The notes below the pieces were generated by a model, which had not been told where the DNA came from, ran no database searches, and saw only the letters and a program-made list of their open reading frames with translations. From Phoronis australis (Eukaryota > Animalia > Phoronida), in NCBI GenBank assembly GCA_002633005.1, contig NMRA01000084.1, forward strand, positions 589,267 through 653,266: a DNA stretch of 64,000 bases, given 5' to 3'. Shown in pieces: positions 25,571-38,300 of this stretch; positions within the stretch are counted from its first letter, which is position 1; every line of letters starts with the position of its first letter. Position numbers and translations under genes: made by a program.

Positions 25571-28500
25571 TCGCTAGTCCTGGGGTTCCCTTTTACAAGT
25601 TGAGATAAAAATAGATCGTGTAGTAGCAACTGAACAGCGAAAGCGATCGCGCAGCGGCAGAAAGATTGATGTTGAACGGAGAATCAAGTATAAAGCACAA
25701 GACCGTCATTTGTAAACAGTATATCACCACGTTTTGGTGTTGAAAGCTGGAAAATACTGGTTCAACCCCCAAAATTGAGACAGCCTGGAATATCGTAGTT
25801 TGCGATCCGCCAAAAGGTAAGCGGAAATTCCCTGTTTTGAAATAAGTCGAACTACAGTTGGATTTTCGAGAAAATATACTGGACCCCATACCAAAACAAC
25901 GGATTAGAACTACATAACGTCTTCTAAATTTTGATACCAGAAAAGGAAACTTGTGTTAGTCGTGGCCAAAAGGTCATCATAACTGGTTGTGAACAATTCG
26001 TCAATTATTTCCTTTCCCTTGCACGCAGCAGGTAACACATTTTCCTCATATAGTCTACTAACGGCTTTATTCAGGATGAACCTTCTATTTTGTATCAATG
26101 TGGGAAAGTGCTTGTGAAGGCGGTATGTACCTAAGTCTTGGCGATAATCAAGACAAAAACTGTATGATCGCCTAGTTATAACGAGTTTAATAGGCTCACA
26201 GAATTATTCTTTAGAGGTGTCTAGCTCTCAGATAGGCAATGCATCCTTGTGGATACCGTAGGTATAAACGCGATAGCCTTGCAATTGAACTACTCAACCG
26301 ATTTACCGTTTGAGTGTTGGAATCAAGTATACTAAATAATATGTATTGAAAGAGCTGTGGATAGTAGAGTGAATATAAAAGCTCATCAATACAGTAGGGG
26401 GCTTCTCTATTTTTGTCCGAAATATGCAAGTTGCACCTGGCCAAAAAGTGGTGACCTTGGTCACGAGTAATCACGGCTGTCAACGGATCGAATGTTTACA
26501 TCTGGCCAAGTACGTAGCTCTGGTAATAGGATTGAATTTAAATCAATTGCATGAAAGAGCGACACACTTTATACACAGGTAAGTCAAACTTTTAAGCATA
26601 TCCCGGCTGCAGTTATGGCTTGCTAGTTACCCATGGTTTCCTTGGGGTCAGGGTTGGTGAACCAACCACCTTTGAGGTTTTTATACTCACGCCACCTATG
26701 TGAGCAGTTAAGCTAGACAATGATGCACGTACACAACCTCCGCGTACATTTGAAGTGACAATGCGTTCAATATAAAACGTGAAGTCATCTAACTCCTAAA
26801 TGATGATTTGAATAAAAGTGATTATGTGGTGATCAAAAGCTTCGTGACAAGCCGGGAAAGGCTTAAAATATGAATGGCGTTTTTAGGAATTGTTTGTTCA
26901 GATTAACTACCACATCAATGAAATTGTGATATCCTAGTTGCAATTGTTTTAAACGGATTCTTGTTGATTGTTTTGCTGGTTGAAAGAAGGTTTCACTCTC
27001 AAGTACACGAGACTGCAATGTGAAGGCAGTGAACTGTGTGTGTTTCTCTCCTCTCACGCTGAAGAGCTCCAATTAATTCAAAAATTGCCACTCCAGGACA
27101 ACCGACTAGCATGACAATAAAATCATGTTGTATTAGAACACAAAATACTCAAGAGTCGCTGGGATTTGCAACTAATCAAACATGGAACACGTTTATTAGG
27201 AATAAATCATCGTCTAATCAATTTATTATTACTAATAATCTTGAGATAGATTTCGATGGTAGACAAATTTAACCATATGTTTAGCCGCTAATTGGTGAGG
27301 CGTCGTCTCAGCTCAGACATGGACTCCGTAGCGAGTTTCTTAACTAGCCCTCTAGTAATTATCAACAAAGACCGCGAGTACAGTTCGTTTTTATCCATAA
27401 TGAACGCGTAGTATGAGATAGATACGGCTTTGGGGAGTTTTAATCACGTTTGTGATAACGGATCCGCAAAAACGTTTTGATTTCTAACCCCAATATGGAT
27501 TTCTTTGAGGTGAACTCAGATTTTATAGAAGTGCATACATGTACGTGTTTGTCAACGTTAGCTGTCTTTTAATTAAAATCTTGTCAATTTAGCGGCAAAA
27601 TAATATGAGGTTTGTTGGCACATTTGGACAAGTAATAATAGTCAGTGTGAATTTCAAACTAAATGCATGATATGAAACTTAAGCTAAGGGCTCACGGAAT
27701 TTCCCTGTGAAAATTGTTGTTCGACATTACGATCGGCATCTTAGCCGTTGATCAAATAACCAATCCATTTTAATATCTCCTCAGAAAGTTAATTAGTGTG
27801 TGCTTTTAAAATCAACAAATTACCCGTGATCGCGACTTTTTCTAATAACAGGATTCAATGCAGTATTCACGTGCCTAGATTTGCTTCCATCGCTTAAACG
27901 GGCGGATATGAAGCTAACCAAAGAGAAAACATGAGAAATGCCCTTCGTTGTTCGACAAAACCCTGTTGTGGGGCAATTGACTTTTCCACGGGCAGTACCA
28001 AAAAGTACGAATTTTAACGCAGAAACCATAGATAATAAAACTAGTAGAAATTTCGGTTTTAGGCATGGTGGTCTTTCTGATGGCGTGGTGACTTCTATCG
28101 CCTCATGTCTCCCATGGCCGCCATCATGTCACGGACGTGGCGCTCAAATGAGAGACTTACCTCACGATGACATTCGTTACGAAGGGGCCATTTTCCAGTT
28201 TGGTTCCCCACGAAAGTGGTTATTATTTAAATGGAACCCTGTAAAAGGCCAATATCTGCAACAACTCAAATACTTTTTATTTGGTTCCACGCTTTATTGA
28301 CGTTTGTTGGGTCAGAATATCACAGACGGTCATTTATTTAATTTCACATCAATTAATAAACTGTGTTTAGGGTTTAAAATCCCTAAATATTACGTCTTGG
28401 AAAATGCTCTTCCAAAGGACAAACAAATGGACCCCATTTAGTCATTACTTACTAAATATTTTTTTATTTGTGGCGTGTCTCTAAAAGGGTGTATCCTAAA

Positions 28501-31500
28501 TTCCCAGAGGCACAGTCGTCAAAGTATGATAGTCTACCCCCGGCTGGATGGACCGTAATGTATACATGAAGATGAATTCAAGACGAACTTCCAAAGGTTA
28601 AATTGTGAGGTACTTTCTCGCATGATCTTCGACGTCTCTGTTGGTCATCGATAGGTGATTGCTGAGCTGAACAGATGAGTGTTCGACAGTCACCAAACAT
28701 TTTCGCCCGCCTCAACAACAGATGGCTTCTTTTTCACCCTGTTGTGATCGTCGGCAAAACAATCGCTGTCAAAATTGTGACTTTATAAAAAAATAGGCCC
28801 GGATGTTGTGCAGGCGAACGATGTACAGCAAAGTGTATCAATTGTCACATGCAATCACTTAAGCACTTCATCGATTGATTACACAAAAATGTAAACATTG
28901 TGTACATAGTTTTATTTATTCTGTCTTATCGACTTAAATCATCGTTGACAATGAATAACGCAGTTTCGTTTACTAGTCGAAAAATGGACCTATCAGTTTT
29001 TAATTGATAATTACGTTCAACAGTGGAAGGAGCAATGCGAGACGACGGGTGCTGTAGGAGCACATTTTAAACTGAAAACTAATTTGTAGCCAGCCATTTT
29101 CAATATGTAGTTATGTTTTTACACTGGTGAACTTTAGCTGTGTTTTTCGCTTTGCTTAGATATTTTGTGCCACCTGGGAAACACGAAGGAGAAACTCTAC
29201 CGTAACGACACTTTCCGTGAATTTTAATGCGACTTTATCGGGGGGTAAAATTGTTTTTCGTATTTGTGCATCGGTTCGGAATCGAACGAACCCCCGCGCT
29301 TGGAGTATAACGCTTTGCTGCAGAACTGAGTCTCATTTCATAAATGACAGACTGAGTTTTAAGCGTAAATAACTGGTACATAAACACACCGGACGACACC
29401 GGCGCTTTGTAATAAAAGGACAAAAACACAGCAATTTTGCTGTTTTTAGCTCTGGCCAAACCTTATAACTTCAAGACGTCTATCGCACCCAACAATAATC
29501 CAATAAACCATAAATACAATTATATACCTTTAGCGATAACGAATGCAGTCGTGGTTGTTAGGAGTGCTTTAGAAATAAATTTCGTTGATGTCTTCGTTTT
29601 CATGCCTGAACGAATTTAAGCACGTGGCAACAGAATTCAAAAAACACCGACCACAGCATTTTGCCCAGTTTAGATGACTGAAAACGAAAATAGACTTATG
29701 CATTTTCCTCTCAAAAATTCGGCCTCCTAATACTCTTTTCAGTGACAGGGTTTTATTTCTGATACCAAAAAACTTCGAAACTATCAGTTTCCCAAGAAAA
29801 CGTTTGGGTTTGGCCAACTCTAAAATTGGGGATTCGCGCATGTACATTGTACTATGCCTATGACTTGAATTGCCAGATCATTTGGCTATGATTCAGCTGT
29901 GTGCTTGGTAATGTTTTAAATCCAAATCGCTTCGCTTCAACGTTGACAAGTAAAACAGCGAGGTAAAATGCTGCAACTTTTATTACAATGTTGTTCTTTT
30001 ACTTGGAAATCCGAAGATTTTGAAATTTCGTGCCAAATTTACTAACACTGATACTTGTCACTGCTGGGATTTCACATTTGAAAACGTTTGAAAAGTCCGT
30101 CACAAAGCTGACTCTCGTGTATCACCTAAATCAATGTGAGCAATAGCCATTTTCCGATAGCGACGACATGATGAAATATGCCTTGTCGCTAGATGGCGAG
30201 ATGGTATTTGGTTCCTGCTTCCTGCGCGTTATCGGCTTCGCAAAAACACAGTCAAGTTCTTAACTGTATGGGCGTCCTTGTTTGGAATGTCACGTGAGTT
30301 GACTAGCCAAATGAGCGTCGCGTTAGTGATTTGCATTCACCAGGAACTAACACCGGCTCAATATACAAATACGGTGAGATTATACATGGACGGTTAATGT
30401 GTTGTCGTTAATCAGAGGGCGTCAAGGTAAAACACAATTATTGTGATGATGGACCAATCTGTGCCCTCTGTTGATCAGTTACTCGAAGTTATTTTTATGA
30501 CAAGTCGTGCGTCCGAATAGGTCGGAGCCGTCTAGCCTCTGCTAGGTACTAGTCTACACAGAATTCCTCTATCATCTAAGGATACAAGAGAAATATTTCC
30601 AATGATTTTTACAAATTTTTTGATGTTATCATGCCGTCGAATTGCAACTCGTTGTGCGGTGGGATCTTCAAAAGTCAAAAATTCCTGATGTCTCGAAATG
30701 TTTTTGAATGGAAAATTAGCTTTTCCTCTCTGTCTACTCTGCGGCCTTAGTAGAGAAGAAGCTGAATTAGGGTCAAGCGGAATACCCTTTCCTTCTCTAG
30801 CAACGCTAAAAATTTGCATGTAGAAGATTTCCTATTAAAATGGCAGGTTCGGGAGTACCAAATGTTAGACAGTGACATTTGGTTACGGGGCACGTTGACG
30901 TTTTTTTTCCAATTTTGTAGTTGGCTGTCTTTCGGCGCAACATAAGGCATCCGTCAAAACACTTCTCGGAGTTTCACGAACGTGTTTGTCACTCGTAACG
31001 CCAGGTGTCCCGGTGTTTGGGTTTTGGATACACTTACAGTCGCGACATAGAAATGTAAATTAACAAATAACATTATAAAAATACCTTTATTTTGACTATT
31101 TTGTTATCATATGACAACAACAGTGGCATCGCAGTCCATCATGCGCCCCATTACAACCGTAGAGCAATACTGTTGACGTCAATAAGCAATTAAAAACTTA
31201 CTCAGATTTACTGAGATACAAATTCCAGCAAAATAACCCCAGGCCACGTTTTAAAAGTGATGACAGAATCATTAATCTTATCTGTTCGGCGATAAACGTG
31301 TGAACAGTATAAATAATGTTCTTGTGTTTGGAATAGTTTGTCAGTTGCTATATTTCTATCTTGCTTGCTAATGTATAATTTCACACCAGAGATAATGGAG
31401 AATTCGAAATTGGAATTTAAAAACCTGAACGTTAATTTGGTTACATGATCTGTTTCTATACTAAAAAGTTAGCTTTTTGCTGTCGATCACTTCATAATGG

Positions 31501-34208
31501 AAAGAAAAAGTGTCATGTAACTGTAAAAGTCAACGCTCACATGTCGTCCGACCAAAAGCCAAGTCGGACCTCTGACCCATTGTCTGTGAAAATTTACTTG
31601 TGAACACTCGGCATTGTTATAATCTCAAATCTGCATACTTGCCATTAAATGGCATTAGGAACACCTCGGTATTTTCGTAACCTCAAATTTGAGACAACGA
31701 AAATACCCGGATATTGCGAATTGTGAGAAGACCATATTGCAATGTTTGCGATTAGGCTCTGTTTGCCCACGGTGGTCACGTGTGATAGGCCAAAATAAAA
31801 CCGTGCCTTCCGATCAGGCTTCTGACTGTCTTGTGTAAAATTAACCTCTGACACAGCGCCCCCTATACCGAAAAGCGGCCCTACGGAAACATAATGAACG
31901 ACACACGGAATTCCGTGTGTGAGCGAGCATCAATGCGCATGCTTGGTCCGAAGTTTACTGATCACATCGCCATTTCTGGAACACACTTTCTACATGTATG
32001 CACTGTACTTGCTTGGGCTTAAGTCTCTGGATGGGGTTTTCTTGATTTTGTTTACTCCGTTTTAATAACTTAAACTATTCAAGTCAAACGTCGTCGCCTA
32101 CGTAGCAGTTAGTTGAAAGGGGTTTCCCAGGCTTCAACCAATGAGAATGGCTGAATCTTATGACGTTGGTTCCATTACTTTATCCAATGTTAAACAACAT
32201 ACCACTGTGCTACCTTCCGTAGCACTGTGGAAGAGTGTAGTGTAAAATCAACATCTGAATGGGGCGAATAAATTGTATACAGATGGACTCCGCAAACATT
32301 TTGCATTGCAAATAGGGAAAGAAAATCCCACAGTGCGTCACTACAAAAAAAAACTCACTTTGGAATGTAAATTAAATAAAATGTCGGATAGCATTGACAC
32401 TGTATCGTTTTCAACTTGCACCACTATGTTTCGAGCAAATTTCACAACGGTTGCTGATTACCTGAACAATACTGCACCAGTAGGTGAACGCGAATAACTC
32501 CACGCGAGTCTTAAAGAATCGGACGAAATTTTTTAAAGCCACGTTTTACGATTCAATCACACATCTACTGTGACTGTAGGGCTTGGAAGTATATGTTTAA
32601 TGTGTTTCATAGGCAAGAAAATAATTATATATCATAGTGACATGTTCATAAGCAATTCCAAGTTATAATTCAATGAAAACACCCTCTAACGGGTTTACTG
32701 GTCACTCAAAAGCGATGAGAAGAGAATCCACATGCCCAGCAAACTACAATGTACATGTAGTTTATATATTTGTAATATTTGTCTCGTGGTTGAAAATGCA
32801 CTCGATTGGTTGAAATAATCCAATTTCTTAAACTGTTTTGTGACCCTAATTAAAAGGCTGTATTTTTGAAATATCTAATAAACTAGTCACTGTCAACCCG
32901 TGATAGTAGAACTTTTCTGAATTTAGAAGTCGATGGGAATTTATTGCGCTCATTCACAACACTGTGCCATTCTCGCAGTCACGTGACCATGCGGGATTTA
33001 TTCGTTTTAGCAGCATTCATGATGCTTCCTGTATTATTTGCTTACACAAAATTGCTCAAAAACTGTCTGGGATTTTCCATATCTGGAGACAATTTTTTTA
33101 ACGTGAACCTATTTACTATGTTCAGAATTGACCTATCGCAAGCTCCGCCCCCTTGCGTAAAGCCGACAAACAAACAATAAGTTTTACCCGGCAACGTGTT
33201 GCTTGTTGCCTTAATGGCGCCTTAGAAACGAAGGTGGGTCAAGAATGATGCGCTCTGGTTGGTCAGTCAAGCCGTAGATCAAAGTCTTGGCGATAGGTCA
33301 ATTCGTCTAAGACTAACAACGGAAGCGCTAACAATGAAATCTGAGAGACACTTTTCAAATTAAGACATTCTGTGACCAATTGAAATACTATGAATTAAAA
33401 TCGGTAGATTTTTTTTCGCGATGTCTCGTTCCGATGTTGGTATTCGTGCTCGGACTGCTTTCCCTGAAAAACGCTATTTCGTGTAAAACACTGAACTTTT
33501 TGCCCTCGATGTACAAACATGTTATATACTGCGCTTTATTATTGTGACAGTCGCATTAAAGAGGCATAGAACCCGAAAGATCGTCAAAAATACCGTTTAA
33601 ACAACTCCTGACGAAAGTGAGATCTCAAAACGTCTACTACAAAATCATTTACTTTCCCCTGTGGAGAAATTTCCAGAAAAATCACGATTTTTGAAATACG
33701 CGCAAAGGAAAAACGCTAACCTCTCTTTCGCCAATGATAAATGCGAGCATGGGCTCACAGTCAGTTGTTTGAAGTTGCTTGAGGTCAAAGCTCACATTTT
33801 CCATATGAGGGAAATGTGCTACATCTATGTCTTGCCATACCAAATATGGAGACGTGCTTTGCATTGTGGGAAAAATCAACCAAGTGGAGAGCAGTTGACA
33901 GATCGATTTTTTTTGAAATTTGAAAATAAACGAAAAGGTTTAATGCAAATAAAAATTACAAATCTTTGGGAAAAAATCCTGAAACTACCTGATGGGCATG
34001 TTGAATCATGTTTCAGTGGCAAGGAACCTCTTTCAATATTTCAATTTAGTCTGTTTATCGCATTCAAGGTCAACTTCATGCTGAAGCTTGAGGTGTGTTC
34101 TCCAATGGCGATCACGTGATTCACTGTATGTGGAGCTAAAATAGGTCAGCAGGCATTTTCAAGTGAGTCACCGACAGCTTCGGATTTATGATAAAATATA
34201 TAGCATGA

Positions 34209-35082
34209 CATAGGCGGATTTAGGGGGGGAGCCCAGNCCTTGGCTGCCGCAGAAAAAAATAAAACAGCAAGAGCGTAGAGAAATGTTGAGTTTATTAACT
34301 AACACGGCTGAAACAAGATTTAAATATGTGCAGTTTTAATGTTTGGGGGGGCTCAGATCTAATTTAAAGTGTCAAATTCGGAACACGGCGCAATCGTAAC
34401 GGAACTATGCCTAACTATAGGCTCTCCCGCGATATCCCATTCGATCGGCAGTGGCAATGGGCACTACGACTCCGTTTCCGTCGTCTGCTCCACCGTGCAA
34501 TGAAGAAAATTACTTCATTTTTTAAAGAAACTGGAATCTGATTGATGGTGAAAATGCAGAAGCTGCTGGTAAAATGTCAATTTAAATCTAAGCCTTAGTG
34601 AATCACTCCGAAACTCTTAATTCTCTCTTTGTCAAACCTTAACTTAGACGATTTCCAAAGCAATCGCGTCATTATTGCCAACACAAAAAAAACGGGTTTG
34701 GTCTTTTGGGCAATTGGGGACTATTTTAAATACAACAAATTTGTTACGAATTGATTGCACAAAATATAAAACATGTGATAAGCATTACAAAAAGAAGCAG
34801 TTTTCGCGTGCAAACGCTGTGGACCATGAATAAATAGGTCTCTTAGTATCAAATTAGGAGTTAAATCGTGATGGTGCAGAGTCTGTGCTACTTGCAGATT
34901 TTTGTGGTTGACACTTTCTTCGTTTTTTTTTTGCCTTTTTTCTTGGATAATACTTCGAGAATCAAGGAAAGTGCTTGATTTTAGAGGAAAAAACAGAAAA
35001 ATTTCCTGGGTGGGAAGGGGGGCAAACCCCGCTTCCAGACAGAATGTTGCCCCCCCCTTCTGATATCCTAGATCCGTCATTT
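34209..35082. mobile_element. MITE/non-autonomous hAT-like element (~870 bp)
   Basis: Left terminus CATAGGCGGATTTAGGGGGGG (34209). Right terminus CCCCCCCC...CCTAGATCCGTCAT (35067-35080). Flanked by TAGCATGA / TTCATGA, a degenerate TSD sharing CATGA. Confidence 0.7.
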
Positions 35083-35454
35083 CATGAAACTACACAAAAA
35101 TATTTTGCGAGAGTTATCTGACGAAATATCAAAATTTTGGTAGGACGTGCACCGCTTTTATGAACTTTTAATGAACTCGCGGACGGTTTTCAAATGCGTG
35201 TTCGGTTACAGAACTTTTGTTGCACTTACGACTGTTTGCATGACTTGGACAAGAGCGAGAATCGAGTCTCGGATGTTGTAGAGTTACACACGACTTTTAA
35301 CCTGCATTCTGGCACACATTTTCCTTCACAATCTGACTTTTACGCAGCATAACAATTAATAAAAAAGTTCAGAAGTTTGAATCGCCACTAAAACCAGCTG
35401 GTTTACTTGGCAAGGTGAACCAGCAGGCAATAGGGCTTTGCATTGTTGGAAAAC

Positions 35455-35486
35455 TTTGGCGGGAGATTTGGTTTGATTGGCCAATG
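35455..35486. promoter_or_regulatory. E2F-like site next to a palindromic double CCAAT
   Basis: TTTGGCGGGA (35455-35464) and GATTGGCCAAT (35475-35485). Motif match only. Confidence 0.25.
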
Positions 35487-38137
35487 ATAGATAAAATTAG
35501 TTCCACGTAAACAAACCGTGCGTACTGGTGACACACTTTAACGAGAAAACAACCATTTGTGCGAAATTAAAATTTAACAAATTTTGCTGCATACACAGTC
35601 CATGTTTTAATGTGGCATAGATATTAGAATTCATATTTTCAGTCAATTCGAGTGTGACCGCAATGTTCAAACGCCTATGTCCTGATTTCATGATCAAGCG
35701 CCATTTCCCCATTTACTGCCCACTTTAAGAGAGGCCTGAAATTTATTGTCCAGTCCCTGTGGAGTGCATAGCAAAAATGGGACTTTTACGATACATCTTC
35801 TTCTCGATTGGATTTTAACTTATCGGTTGGGTACTTTAATAAAATTACCAAATCACATATGCAAATGGTGGATAGGTGATTTTTGAGACGTACAATACTC
35901 AAACGTACAGCTGTATGTCCCCTGTTGAATACTCCGGGCCGCGAGTTGGAATAGCGTTCAAAAATAAAACGCTGCTTCGAAAACCGCTTATAAAACTGCT
36001 AATAGGTCCTTTGGAATAAGAATGTGAAATACACACTTGTGTCATGGTCGGAACTCAGCCGTGTAAAAAGCCATCGAGTGCAAAACAATACCTAGTTAAC
36101 AAACAACAATTGCATGAATTCTGTTTACAGCTCACTGACTTACAGTGTCGTTAGACGTTAAGCTTTTCTAATAAGTAATCGTAAAATGTACTGGAAGCTA
36201 ACAAAAATATCGACAACCGAGTCAAGGCGATTCTGCATCACGATTCAATATTGTGAATAATCTTTGCTTTTAGAACAAAAGCCAGGAGGTCAAAAATGGC
36301 GTTACACCGATTGATACATACGTGTAACGATTTGAAAACATATCAAACTAGTCCTGTTGCGTGTCGATTTTACCAGATAGCATCGAGGTTTATGACATAC
36401 AATCCTTTGTTTATCCTGGAAGTTTGGTGGAGATCAGTGGCCTATTTTTCCAGGTATTACTTGAGAAAAAAGCTTCTCAAACTTGCTTTGGAAGACTGAG
36501 GCTAAACTTTCAGAGTTTAGATCTCGCGAACGGCGCTCAACATTACTTCGATTTTGGGAGTGTCACGTTTTCTGCAACAGGCCCGTGTGAAATCGTTGTT
36601 GACGAACTTTTGCTATTTTTCTCCACTCCTCCCCCGGACACCTTGAGTTTTCCACTTTTGGTGCCGTCAGTCGTTCACGTCACATTCTTTAGTCGACTGA
36701 AGTGGACCCGAACTGCCCATGAAGGGTTCCCTAAGCGGACCGATCAGATGCCAACGTTGCTTTGTAATCATGCCTGTATGCAAAGTTACAGAATTACCAA
36801 CTCGTTGAAATTAACAATTTTAAAAATCAATTAATGACGAGGTATGCTTTTCACCGTTGACTCAACTCAGAATTTCTGTCCTTCGATGTTTAAGAAAACG
36901 AAGTTCGTACTAGCTGTTCGAAATGTAATGCAAGAGAAAATATGTTCCACTCTAATTCATTTCATTTTGCTGTATACAAAGGTTGGTAACGGGGTGGGTA
37001 TTTTACTTTTAAATAAGGTTTGATTAATCGGTAGTCAGAAGTACCAACTTGACAGTGTTTTAAGCATTAGTTTCGTTGAGATGATTCAAAACGAAGTTAG
37101 TGTTACAAGTAAAACATGGCGTACTTTGTGAGGAAAGTTAGACAAAGCACTTGTTCACCAGTGTACCTTAAATATAGTTAATATTTTTCCAGTAGGTAAT
37201 TCTATTCTTCAATTCCATTATTGAAAACATGTAGCAAACGATATTTGAAGTCAGATAACAACTTAAATTCGAGTAGAAAGAGAATAATATCAAATTAGGA
37301 AATACACTGTATAATAGGAGTGGTAAGGAATGATATACAGCTTTATTTTAGTGATATTTAACCGTAATTTTTTGCTTTGCCCAGATAATTTTCTCAGATT
37401 ACGAATCTTAGTTTAGTTCTCAATACTCGAAAGCTGAATGTGTTGGGTTTGCAATACAACAATGTAGCGTGTACGGCTGTGACACTTTACATTGTTCGTC
37501 TGAAAGATGGTCACTGGCATACATGTACATTTATCATTCTTTCAACACCATCTCGGGCATTAATGCTCAAACACCAGTGATAACATGATATCGCATAGAA
37601 CATCTTCCAAGTGGCATATAAATAACTTTGTCTCAACTGATACTAAAACACGTGTCGGTAGTGAGGTGTAAATTTGTTAAATTCCGCACACTTCCATTAG
37701 ACAAAAAAGCATCGTTCTTGAATACATAAACTTCAAACGAACATATTTTTCATGTTCAGTGGCTTAAATTACAGTGTTGTTTTTTGCGTTAAGTAGGGGC
37801 TGAACATTTTTACGTGAAAGAAGAACAGAGACTCGAAAATGCAAATATGAATTAAAACTCGAATAGAACGTTGAAATTATTATTTGTAATTGAAATGATT
37901 TCCAATTTGTAGCGAAGTGGTTTTGTCATCATTTCGTTTATTCGAATCCACTTAAGATATTTTTTGAAACATGGAGGTATGCGTCGCAGCTAGGTGAGTC
38001 TGAGACGAAATTGCGAGTTAAGTGCCGTGCGTGCAAACCACTCCAAACGTATAGGTTGTACACGAACGAATTTTACAATTGCTGTTGCTGCCAGCGCCGC
38101 CACTGCTGTTACACTACTTCTACTTGGACTACTGACA

Positions 38138-38169
<32 letters not shown>

Positions 38170-38182
38170 TTGCTGCTGTTGC

Positions 38183-38238
<56 letters not shown>

Positions 38239-38300
38239 CTGCTGCTTCTTCTGCTGCTGCTGTTGCTTCTGCTGCTCCTGCTACTAGCTGCTGCTACTAC
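38138..38300. repeat. (CTG)n trinucleotide microsatellite, ~50 imperfect units
   Basis: Directly visible. It explains the poly-Leu, poly-Cys and poly-Ser ORFs in the track. Confidence 0.97.

Noticed and set aside
33608-33634. Hammerhead-like core CTGACGA-AAGTGAGATCTC-AAAACGTC resembling Penelope-associated minimal ribozymes
   Set aside because: The essential GAAA is AAAA and no stem I complement follows the GTC site. At best a dead relic.
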